Assembly (NCBI RefSeq): GCF_009914755.1
Contig: NC_060929.1
Reading direction: 5' to 3' (one strand)
Source of the DNA: the human T2T-CHM13v2.0 reference genome, Homo sapiens
Length of the DNA: 64,000 nucleotides
This document shows positions 28,120 through 39,312 of this stretch, one piece after another. The notes under the pieces are model-generated. The model was not told where the DNA came from. It did no database searches and worked only from the letters and a program-made list of their open reading frames with translations. The stretch's first letter is position 1. Every line of letters begins with the position of its first letter. A program made the translations under genes and the position numbers.

Positions 28120-28900
28120 CTGCTGGTGTGGGCGGGGGTGGCCTGCAAGGCGCGGACGGACCGCAGTCCCCGGTGCCTGCTCTCAACCTCTCTCTCCTTT
28201 TTCCTAACCACAGACCTGACCCTCCTGACCGTGTTCGCGCTTGTTAGTTCGCACAGATCCTTCTGCCAACCTCCCTGTCCTGTTAGATTCTGGAATTTTC
28301 CCCTGCCCCTTCCTCCCAGAGTTGGGGGAAGGGTAGCAGCAAACCCCAGCTGGGCGACAACTTCCGCCGCCACGTGCTTGGTTCGATACTGTTTTCCTGG
28401 TTTTCCAGCCATCTCCCTTCTCTGGAGGGGAGGTTGCCACGGGCGATCGGCCCAGCCTGTGTTTACCTCGGCACTCTGCGCCTCCTCTCCTGCATCCCGC
28501 AGGGGCTCCCCAGCCATCTGGAATGGGGCCCACAGCTCCCCTCTCCCCCACATGCCAGCCGAGAAGGCCAGTTTGAGCACCGCGTGGGAGGCCCGAGCTT
28601 CCCGCCAACATGGCAACTGAATTTGGAAAACAGCTCATCACCAATGAAGAAAAAAACAAAAAACAAAAAACAAATAATGAACTGCAGAGACCCCAGGCTG
28701 GGGTTCGGCAAACACCGATGGAAACAAGTCCCCTATGAAAAAGTCTAATGATTTTTGCTCTTGTTCAGAACTGAAGACTAATTCTAAAATATTGGTTGTC
28801 AGGAAAGAAAGGTTCTGGGTGGGGCCGCAAGCTAGTTCCAGCCCGCAGGAGACCCAGGGCTTTGCAGCCCGGGAGACTCTGAGCGCTCACACATACAAAG
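28120..28900. promoter_or_regulatory. CpG-enriched candidate cis-regulatory element
   Basis: Elevated CpG; ACTTCCG (ETS), CACGTG (E-box), GTTGCC/GGCAAC (RFX halves), TGTTTAC (FOX). Confidence 0.4.
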
Positions 28901-31029
28901 CGCAGCCGGAGGACCCTGGATAGACAGTGCTGCGAGGCAGGCAGGATGCATGGACCTTGGTTGCTGCTTTTAATGGAGAAGGAAGCTCAGGCTCAGGGAC
29001 ATGATCATTTCTCGGCAGATCTGGGTCCTCATCTGTGATAGTCTGAGGGCCCCATCGTAGCTTAGGGAGGACTTCAGGTCATATTTGTACCAAATCCTCT
29101 CCTGAACCCTAGGGCGACAGTTAAAATATTTAACAACCCAAGGTGCCAGGGCGCCGAGCCAGCGGGGCTGTGGCCAGACCAGCCACTGGATAGGGCAGGT
29201 CCTGGAGGCCCTGGAGGCTGGGGGTAGGGGCGGAGTGGCCAGGACAGAGGAGCAGAGGCCTCTGGGGCCAGAGGCGGCAGCTACTCACTACCTGGGATGG
29301 AAGCGATTGAATATTTTAGCAGCTGGCTTGACCCGCCAAGTGCCCCGGGTGGCTGTCAGCGCTGCTCCACCCAGCACCTGGCTATGACCCAGCACGCATC
29401 TTCCATAGCAGCGAAGTCAAACCTGCCTCGCTGTGTGGCTTCTGGGCCTCATTTCCACAGGCCTGGGGGGCCCCGGGGAAGGCGGGATGAGAGGCTCTGC
29501 GGTCATCTTCCGGTGCCCTGTGCAGTAAGAGGACCCTTGTCCAGTGCTTGGCCTAGAGCCTGGCATGAGGCTACTGCTCAAGAGGGCTCACTGCACTTAA
29601 AATTTCCAAACCTGCGCTTCTGCCTGCCCCTGCCCCTCTCGAGTGAGAAACATGACCATCAGGTAAACAGGCAAGCATCTGCACATCCAGGGAGAGCACA
29701 GCGGCTGTGGCCACCACTGCCCCCCAGCCCACGCCTCATTTCAGGAGCAGTCTTGCAGCCAGCTGATGAAGCCCCGCACACAGGACAGAGTCCTTTCTTG
29801 GGACTACGTCTTGTGTGAGAAGGCAAAGATGCCTTCACAACCTGGCTCATTCACCTGCTGAGCCCCCACCCCCCGCAGCTAGGATCTGGGGTCCTGGCCA
29901 GACCTCACACCCACCTAGGATGAGACAGGGTGTGGCAAAAGAAGGGACCCAGGCTTTTTGAAGGAAGCCCTTCCGTAGCAGAACCCTGAGCGGCATTGGG
30001 GTATCCTGAGGAGCCGCCTGCAAGAAGCATTCTCCTTTGAACTCGAGTCGTCTCCACCTGCGCTTTTCAGAGCCAGCCCTGTTCCTCTGCAGGAGGCTTG
30101 CTCCTCACCCCGTCGTGGGTCACTGCTGATGGGGACTGCATCGACTTCTGAGTGGTCCCAGCCAGGCACAGGGAAAACAGGGAAGAACTTGACCAGATGT
30201 CTTTTCTTCCTCCCATCCACCAGGAAGCTCTGCAGAGGACTTTCAAATTCCATGGGCTGACAGCAGCCAGGCCTCCCAGCATGGATGAGCCCCGGGGCCT
30301 CACAGAAGACTGGGAGGGAAGTGGGCTGGAGATCGGGGGCAGAGGAGGGAATGGTGATCTTGGAGGGAACATTACAGAGGTGGCTTCTCTGGTCTCTGGC
30401 CAGGACAACCACCTCCTCTCCCGGCTGCAACCAAAGAGTGGGTGGCCCTGCAGCACAGCACCTGCATCAGAGGCACCTAGGCATATGCTTGTTAAACATA
30501 CAGACTCCAGGCGCCGCATCTGTCCTGCCAAGCGAGCATCGCTGGGGCAGGGCCATGAAAATGACCTTTCGAAAAATGACTGCAGTGATCGATGCTCTTG
30601 CTTCGAAACATTTGAGAACAACTCCCTTAGACTGAGATGTAATGCTTCTTGGGCTGGAATTCCCCTTCACTTCCTCCTCCCCTACCCCAGACTGTCTGGG
30701 CTTGAGTCCCATTCTGCCACTTAAAGCTGTGGGAGTTTGAGTGTTTCCCATCCGTGCCTCAGCTGCCTCATCTGTGAAATGGGAGAGAAGTAGAACCCAC
30801 CTCCCCTTTGAGCCCTGCTTCCAAGGGGGCAGAAGGCACCTTGCCTTATGCCTCCCTGAGAGCAGCTCTGATAGAAGCTGTTACAGAAGGGAACCTGTCC
30901 CTGCCTCACCCTGGTGCATGGGGTCATCAGGCACCAGGTGGTGGCATTGGTTGGGGTGAGAAAGGCTCTGCACCCCTAACACAAGGGCTCTAGACCTGGC
31001 TTCACCCCGTCACACCTGTATGATCCATT

Positions 31030-31400
31030 CTCAGTGCTGGGACACAGCTCTTCCAGACAAGCAAGGCCCCTGTTTTCAAGGTGTCAGGACGCAGACAACA
31101 AACTCACAAACAAACCAATGAAACAAACAGTGATAACTGTTGCGAAGGCAATTGAAAGACCCCAATGCCAAGTTACTGGCATGGTGCAAATAGTGGCAGA
31201 GTGTCCTGGGCAGAGAGAACAGCAAGTGCAAAGGTCCTGGGGCAGGAATGGATGCAGAGTGCTAAGGGGACAGAAAGAAGGCTGCTGTGCTGGAGCATCC
31301 CCAGGGAGGAGCAGTGGGGGTGAGGGAGGGGGTGAGTTCAGAGAGGCAGCCTGGCAGATCTTGCAGGGCCTATGGAGCTTATTCTGTTTGATGGGCAGCT
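31030..31400 (-). mobile_element. L2 fragment
   Basis: ggcagagagaacagcaagtgcaaaggtcctggggcaggaat...cagatcttgcagggcct. Confidence 0.7.
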
Positions 31401-31749
31401 TCTCCCAGCTGGGAGAATTAAATGGAGTAAATGAAGCACAGTGCTAGTACCAGGGTTAGTGCTAGGTGACTGCTCTCTGTGTCCTCACACCATGACAGAC
31501 GCACCATGGCTGAGACATTAGGGTTACATGGTGACTTGGAGCCTCAGGTCCTGTAAGGAACTGTCTGGATGCAACTTCAGATCGTTGGGTGTGATCCATT
31601 CAAAGACGTCAGGAGGTGTTTATTCAGATCACTGGCTTCTACCTGCACCGTCCCCCCACCCCGCCCCCAACCCCACCATCCCCCAACACTGGGCCACGGT
31701 AAAGCGGTTCATCTGTTTCCTCAAACCTGAAACACAGCCGGGCTTTTCA

Positions 31750-32420
31750 GGGCTCTAAGGCCCCCGAATGTGGTGGGTGCCCCGGAGAAGGACAGGGCAG
31801 GGACGTGTGGGGATCTGGCCCTCTCCCGCTTGCAGGTGTGGCTGGCGTACGCGTTGGGAGCGCCTGCTTGCCCCTCCTCCGGGGGGGAAGGACTGGCCGT
31901 CGTCCCTGCCCCGGGGGTGCGGGTGCGCCGAGCCCTCGGGAGGCCTGGCTCTGGTGTGGGCTGCGGGGAGAAGGCGCGGGAAGGAAGGAAGGAGGCGAAG
32001 CGGTGCGGGAGGGAGGCGGCCGTTGCCATGGAAGGAGCTGCAAGGTACTCTGGGACCAGAATTCTCTCTGCAGAGGGTCGGGTGGGGGGCGGCCGGCTGG
32101 GGAAGGTGAGGGGAAATCCAGTGCCATTCCTTTGTCCTTGGCGCTTCTCAGCCTCCCTGCAGACCGCGAGCGGAGCCCCCGCACCCCCGGGGCTGGCCCC
32201 TGGCCTCCCGCCCCAGCCCGGCCGGCGGCCCCTCCCTGCTCCGCTGTCCGCCTTGGGTACAGAAGCGGCGAGTGGCCCCTTTCCAGGAGGCCTGTTTACC
32301 AGCACGACAACGGCAAATTAGTGCGCTTAAGAGGCATTCGGCGTTTATCCCGGCAAACATGCGCAGCGTGAAGGGGGCCTGCGAGGCCTGCTCCCCGGAA
32401 TCTGCTGAAATGGGGTCTGC
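31750..32420. promoter_or_regulatory. CpG island with no recognisable gene (orphan island)
   Basis: About 650 bp of very high GC with dense, undecayed CpG (ggcgtacgcg, gcggccg, ccgcgagcgg) in non-repeat sequence. Confidence 0.85.
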
Positions 32421-32560
32421 TGTGCATCTTAATCGACTTACTTCCACCCATCACATTAAACGCATTTAATCTACTCTTGCAAATGGCTAATTTTGAAAAT
32501 CCGCTTATCAGAATTAGGTCCTCAACATCCATATTTATTTACTTTCCATTTTCATAATCT
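32290..32560. promoter_or_regulatory. Candidate conserved non-coding element abutting the CpG island
   Basis: TGTTTAC, multiple TAAT/ATTA cores (TTAATC twice), TTGCAAAT, CTTATC in unique AT-rich sequence. Confidence 0.5.
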
Positions 32561-33719
32561 TTTTTTTTTTTTTTTCCCCTTGTGTGGGACTGAATTCCAT
32601 TTACTATTGTCTGGCTCGCTCTCGCCCGTCCCGGGGGGCCGGGGCAGGGGACAAGGGCCAGGTTAGGAGCAAACTGGAAATGGAAACCTGGCAGGGATGA
32701 AAGGCATGGGCTCGGGATTTGAGGACTGGGAGGCTCTTCCCGGGTGGCAGCATCTTCAGGAAATCACCAAGAGCTGAGGCTTGAGCAGAGCAGGTTTAAA
32801 AAGGCGATGAGGAAGTCTTGCTGAATCGCAGGCGCCCGGGGCCTGCCTGGCAGGAATCAGCAGCCGTGTCAGAAATGTGCAAGAAAGTGGTTGGGATCAA
32901 CTGTCTTCCCCAGCGCCCCCGGTGCCAGGCTCCGTGCTAAGCGCTTCACGTGGACCAGCACTCATGCTCACGCCAGCCCTGCTCAGTGAATGCCAGGCGC
33001 GTCTCGCAGACAAGAAGACTCCTGCTGTGGCTTAGACCCACATTTACATCCAGACTGCACGTCCTCCTCTGCAGCATGTTGTCAGGTGTGCAAGGCACGT
33101 TTTTCCTATGAGTGTGTAAGAAACACAAGTTTGTGTGTGCAGGACTCAGGCCTGTGAGAAACGCAGACTCAAGGGAGAGATGGGTGTTCAGAATCTGGAA
33201 GATGGCTCTCCAGGTCACAACCTGTGCAGCCTCAAGCGTGGATTCCGCATGTGGCTTTCCTCACCACGTTTGGGCTCTGCAAGTTTGCTAAGAGTCGCTA
33301 CAGAGCTAGGAAGAGCCGCCAGGCCTCTTGGCCTCTAAAGGACTTAGCACTCAATGTTAATTTTGTTGTTGCCAGTCCCCTAATGAGCTGATTTGGCACA
33401 CATCTAGAGCAAAAACCTGAATTTCACTTCGTTTAATTTACTTTCAACATTGGCTGGGCACCTCCTATTGGCCAAGTGATGTTCTGCAGAATACCTGGGT
33501 GGAAGGATAAATCCGATCTGTTTCGAGCCTTGGGAAGCTCACATTTACTGGATTTTACAAGAAAGGCTCAGAACAACAAAGTGTTAACAGATGCATACCA
33601 GACAATTTTATTCTCCCAAAGAACTGCTAAGTTATGTTGTAGCCATCTTAGATTTCCAGATCTAATGGGAATTCTAAAGCATAAGGCATTAATTACATCT
33701 TGGTGGTTGAGATTAGGGC

Positions 33720-33935
33720 TGAATTGTCTGCAGACTTGAACTCAAACCTGCAGTTCTGCCGCCTTCACTGTATGACCTTGGGCACATTGGACCCTCAATA
33801 TCCTCATCTGTGTAATGGGGGTTATATAAATATCTACCCATAGGGCTCCGAAGATCTAAATTAATGCTGTAGGTGGAGCTTTTAGTGAGGTATCTGACAA
33901 AGGCCTACACCTAACAACCAAATAGTAAGCATTAT
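33720..33935 (+). mobile_element. MIR
   Basis: tgtatgaccttgggca...tcctcatctgtgtaatgggg...tctacccatagggct. Confidence 0.7.
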
Positions 33936-34356
33936 GATACATAATCATTTACTGAATCAAACTCAGCAAATAGAATTCAAAGACAGAAATAAACATTGAT
34001 CAAGTGTTTTTCATTGTTCCGAGTATGTTGGTGAGCCACCTGGAAAGCTAACGAAGCAGTCAGTGGGTCTTCAGGCCCTGCTGCCAGGTGCTGGCTGAAT
34101 GGCAAGGTGGAACAATGATTTACTGGGACCCTTCCCTCGTTTCTCTGGCCCCCACCTTTTCCCCTTTCAACTTCCTGCCTCTCTCTAGAATTATACAATA
34201 TGCCAAAGTAAATTCCCTCAGACTTGCAAATAGCCTATACTTAATCCCCCCCACCCCGCCCACCTGAGGATAAAAACTCCTTGCAGAAGGCAAAATTTCC
34301 TCCCATCCCGTGTTAGGGATGTGTGGGCGCATGTCTGCAGGAAGGGGAAGCCGTGG

Positions 34357-34358
<2 letters not shown>

Positions 34359-34400
<42 letters not shown>
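34359..34400. repeat. (GT)n microsatellite, ~21 units
   Basis: Uninterrupted GT run. Confidence 0.98.
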
Positions 34401-34401
<1 letters not shown>

Positions 34402-35361
34402 GATGCAGGAAGGAAGCGGGCGGGTGTGTGCGCAGGGAGACACCTGTGGGTGTGAGCGTGGGGATTTGTGAATGAACGAGCCTGTGTGTGTGCGCGGGGA
34501 CTGGGTGTGTGGAAGGGGCGGTGGCCCAGAGAAAACCCAGCTCCTCCAGCACTCACTCTGGATCAGGACCCCTTCCATCTGAGGGAGCCGAGTAACGTGG
34601 GTGGAGTGAGCCATTGGGACGGCTCACACTCTCTAAGGCGAGGTCAGAGAGAGAGACTGCAGGACCAAGGGCCCAGATGGGCAAGAGAGTGGAAGGTCAG
34701 CCACCAGGCCATGTGGGGTGTTCTGGGTGGATTTGAGTGTGTGTTTCCCAGGTGGTGGATGTGGACTGGCTTTGGAGATGGGCAAGCTGGTAGGTGAGGG
34801 GGCAGAGCTGAGTGGATACCAGAGAGGATGACCCACTCAGGGGATTCTGCCAGCCGTGTCTGGGGCTGCAGGCACAGTGGTTCCAACAGAGCAGCGGGAG
34901 TGGACAGCGGTCACAGAGGGAAGGGAAAACAGTCCCAGAGAGAGGGTGGACTCTGTTCTCAGACTGAGGAGGCCGGGAAGGGAAAGGCGGGGGCGGGGCG
35001 AGGGTCTGCAGCAACAGAGCCGGCAGGAATACCAGGTCATCACGGTATTGTTTGTTGATTTTGAAAGCTGAGTTGCATTTGAGAGATGAGGTTATGTGCC
35101 AGCGGAAAGAAGCAGCTCCCGTATTAGTAGAAGACACCAAAGCTGGAAAAGGAGGGTCTCCCAGTGAGAGCGGGAGGCCAGAACAGGAGGCTCTGCCTGA
35201 GACCCCCTGACTTTCGCATCTCCCTTGAGGAAGAGACTTCAGTTCTTGTCTCCCTGAGCACAGAAGTCTCCCAAGATGCAGCTTCTTGCTCTAAGGCTCT
35301 GGCTCAGGCAGAATGAAAACCTCCTTCTCTAGGTTCCTTTAGCAGAGTAGGGCCAAATTTT

Positions 35362-35728
35362 GTTATTTTTATTTTTATTTTATTTTATGTATGTATTTTT
35401 TTTTGAGACAGAGTCTTGCTCTGTCACCCAAGCTGGAGTGCAGCCGCCTGATCTTGGTGGATATGTGTGTCAATGCAGGAAGGACGATTGCTCACTGTAA
35501 TCTCTGCCTCCTGGGTTCAAGCGATTCTCCTGCCTCAACCTCCCGAGTAGCTGGGATTACAGGCATCCCACCTGTACAGCCACCACGCCCGGCTAATTTT
35601 TGTATTTTTAGTAGAGATGAGGTTTTGCCATGTTGGCCAGGCTAGTCTTGAACTCCTGACCTCAGGTGATCTGCCCGCCTCGGCTTCCCAAAGTGCTAGG
35701 ATTACGGGCGTGAGCCACCGCACCCAGC
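35362..35728 (-). mobile_element. Alu (AluS) carrying two non-consensus insertions
   Basis: Dimeric antisense Alu with extra sequence at ~35458-35490 and ~35567-35578. Confidence 0.95.
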
Positions 35729-35859
35729 CCCCAATTAAAACAAAAATTGTTTTGTGCACGTGCATGTGCACACACAGACACTCCTGCCTCTTGTTTGAGC
35801 CTTTGGGAGCCCTAAGAGCTTCTTTCTCTCATCCATTCTGCCCCATTGTATTTCTTGGC

Positions 35860-36330
35860 CAAGTCATTTTTGTTCTCGAATGACAGAAAACCCTTTCTAA
35901 ATGGCTTATGCAAAAAAGGAAATGTGTTGGCTTGCGTAATTAAAAAGCCCCAGGGTGGTCTTCAGGCACAGCTGGATCCAGGACTCAAATGGGGTTTTCA
36001 GGACCCAGCTTCTCCCTCTCTTTGCTGCTGTTGGACCAGTTTCAATCTCAGGCTGGGTGTGGGGAACCTCAGAAGCTCTGCGCTCCCCGCTGTGGCAGCA
36101 AGATGGTTGCTATACCTCGCACTCCCCTCCTGTTGGGGCCAACTTTGAAAGGAAGAGCGGAGGCTGATGGAGAATGTCTTGGCTAGAACTGGACCAGGGA
36201 CCCCTTTGCAGGCCAATCACTCTGCCAGGGGTATGGAATGGTGATCTTCTGGGGCCCCTGCCCACCCCCAGAGCCCAAAGTGGAATATGAGAGCGGGTGA
36301 AGGACAGTAGATGGCCAAACCCAGATGCCA
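35860..36330 (-). mobile_element. MLT1K-like LTR
   Basis: tgacagaaaaccc...ggctta.gcaaaaaaggaa...cttcaggcacagctggatccagg. Confidence 0.7.
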
Positions 36331-39139
36331 CTGCAGCCATGGAGGACACGCTCAGGACGCCAGGCACCCATGGGGCCACCACCCAGGGTGTGCAGCCTCT
36401 CTTGTCACACTCCTCTCCTTTCCCAGGCAGCTGGTGAGGCAGTGGGGCCTCTGACTGGGAACCCAGCTTGTTTGTTACAACTTACATGTGATGAAGGGAA
36501 AAAGGAAAAGTGAGAAGAAAATGCAAGAGGTGGGAAAGTGGTCCTGTGGGCAGCGGTGGCCATTTGTCATTTTCCGGCTGCTCAGAATCCACCCTTTTCA
36601 TGGATATCACCCCAAATCTCCCTCTAGATCTGCATAACCCAGCCACCCACCTCCCAAGGCAGAAGTGAAAGCACCAGGCTCCCCCTGCTGCACCCCAGAT
36701 GCAGCCAGGGTGGAGGTGTCCAGCCTGAGCTCTCCCATCTGATGCCTGCTCCTGGGACGCGGACTCTGGAGTGGGCATCTCAGGGCCCACAGGGACAGCA
36801 GGACGGCCTGCCCCACCTCTCCCCACCGTGGCCACAACAACGCCCAGACAGGGATGTTCTGGTTTCCTCTCACTCCCTGCCCATCTCCAGGCCTGGTTTC
36901 TCAGCTTCCTCCTGATTTAGGGAGGCCCCAACAAGCACCCAAGAGTGTCCTTTTCTTCCATTTGCCTCACAGAATCCTCTTGACATTCACAAAACTCAGG
37001 TTTCTGTCCAGCCAGGGCCAGCTCACTCCCAGGGCACCAGCCCTGTCCTCTCCAGGCCTGTCTAAGAGGAGGCTACACCCAGCCCCAGAGGTGAGAGCAT
37101 TTCACCACCCCTTGCCCGGGCACTCCTGGCCCTCACGGGACCCCCGTGGAGGTGTCCGCTCTCAGACACTGTGACGCCCTCACGGCCAAGGTCAGAGAGC
37201 CTCTTTCAAGGACCTTCCCCTCTCTGGACCTTGCCGACAGTCCTAGTTTCTAGTGATAGGCTCGTTCCCGACTCATTGGTGGGACCCTGGCAAGGTGCTC
37301 GGTGAACGAGCTCACTCACGTTGACGTTTCAATCAGCATGTTTATCTCCCACCCACCCACCCCTGCACTAACCGAATTTTTTCTCCTGCCCCGAGGGTGT
37401 CTTTCCTCTTCCAGCCTCCACACCATGCATGACTCACTTGCTGCGGAGTCGGGCATTCAGGCTGCAGAGGCTCAGCGTCAAGGCTCCAAAGCCTCTGGAA
37501 GGAGATGCCAATGGATGTGGGGGGGCTCATGTTCACAGACAACACACCCAGCGGGGGCTGGGGGAGACGGCAGGTGGGAGGGCTGGGAAAGTCGTGTGCC
37601 CCATTTCACCCCACCACCCCCTTCCTTTTTTCTCTTCCAGGAGCACCACCAGGTGGTCATCTGGAAGCTGAGTCTCTCTGAGGGCCTCTGTAGTCACCAA
37701 TGGTCACAAACGGCCAGCGGTCACTCATTTCCCATCAGCGTTCTGGATAGGAGTGATGCTGTCCAAGCCCCTGGAATCGTAGCATCACCTGACTCAGGCC
37801 ATCCTCGGGGGTGGGACATGTAGAAGGTGACAGGGCATAAGGACAAGGAGAAAGCCTTGTCCTGCCCCAGGCTATGTGGGAACCGCTGTGAAATCGCCTA
37901 CAGGACATTAGCACCTGGCCACAAAGCCAGAGTCAGCCCTACCCGTCTAGGGAAATGGTGGGCTCCCTTTGAGACCAACATCCATTTCCTGACTCTGGGG
38001 GTTACCCCGTAGATGATCCCGCAGGAGATGACAGTGCGCTCATGGTGTGGCTCAACAGATCCACATTCACCTTGCTCAAGGCCCCTGCCCCTGGAGTGAG
38101 ACTGTGCCTGTTTATCAGTGGATGGGCGTGAGCTGCAGTGAGTGTGGGGGGCCAGGTTGCTCGCTGGAGGAGGGAAAGGTTCCGGAAAGGACAGCACAGA
38201 CACTGAGCCCCTGTGGTCCGGGAAGCTTTTCCTAGAAACTCCCAGGCCAGTGGTGTTCAGCTCTGCCGCCCAAAGCATCTCAAAGATGTGCTGGAGTTTC
38301 CCAGAACGAGGTCAATTTGTCCACCAGACCAGAAGCTTCCTGTGCGTGCTTTATCTCACCACTGGCAGCCCAGGGCCCCGCAGAGAACTGCCACTCAGTA
38401 GGTCTTCGTTGGTATTTGCTGAAGAAACAAGTCTGCCCCTAAACAGAGAAGGTGGCAAGGTAGTTACTATCTGGCTTGGAGATTATGTATGAGTTGATTG
38501 GTCACGTCAAAAGTCAAAATTAAATCTATCCAGATGCCATAGTTAAAAGGGCCCAATGATGTATTGGTTGGGTGATTTCTTTTGTGAAAACAGCTCTAAA
38601 GCGTTATCCATTTTTCTCTCCAGAGCTCACTTTAAATGTGTTCCATTTTGGACTTTAGAATTTATTTTAGGGCTCCCACAGTATCTTTGCTCTCTGAGAC
38701 TTGCAATGGCTCTGGGCTAAAAGCAATAGCCAACTTCAGAAGGGGAAGGAGAAAGGCTCTGCGTCGCAGATTGCAGCCTCCAAAAGGGGAAAATTTTCCA
38801 GAGACCTCCGGTGGTGGCTACGGCAAAGTTCTCTTCTGTCTGGGGGCCATCTCAGGCCCCCTTTCATCCAAGGAAGCAAACATTTCTGCACAAAAACAAT
38901 CCTCAGCCACAAAGCCAGAGCTTTCTGAGCATGTGGATCAGTCGGAATGCTCCAGCAATAATGAGTAACTTTGAATAATGCTTGAGCAAAGTTTCCCAGC
39001 AGCTGAGCGGAGGCCGTGGGTTCGCCGGGAGCACTGCAGGCCCTTGGTCCTGTCCCCAGGGCTGCTCATGGAGGATGGAGGAGCATGCAAACAGCACTTT
39101 AAGTGATCATCGCTGATCCTTTCTGTTCCTCTGTATCAG

Positions 39140-39312
39140 AAAAAATACTCTAGCACAGCAAACCTGTGATTTCTCCAACATTCTTATTCAAGACAAGGAG
39201 AAACTAGGTATTTAAATGAACTGAAACAAATAAGTAAATAATACCGCGTGTGGTACATGGGTATAGCGAAAATCATGAGTGTATCATGCAAATGACTAAA
39301 GTTTGGGAGATG
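39140..39312. mobile_element. hAT-Charlie MER fragment
   Basis: gtggtacatgggtatagcgaaaatcatga...atgactaaagtttggga resembles a Charlie-family terminus. Confidence 0.45.

Noticed and set aside
27946-28620. Longest ORF (224 aa, hydrophobic start)
   Set aside because: Begins at a non-ATG codon in a MIR remnant, has no family resemblance, and is matched by long antisense ORFs as expected from GC content
29110-29335. Possible old hAT/Tip100 remnant (gttaaaatatttaacaacc...aatattttagcagc)
   Set aside because: Too short and diverged to assign a family from memory
31721-32371. Five or more overlapping 110-195 aa ORFs
   Set aside because: Stop-codon scarcity in a CpG island; all frames are open
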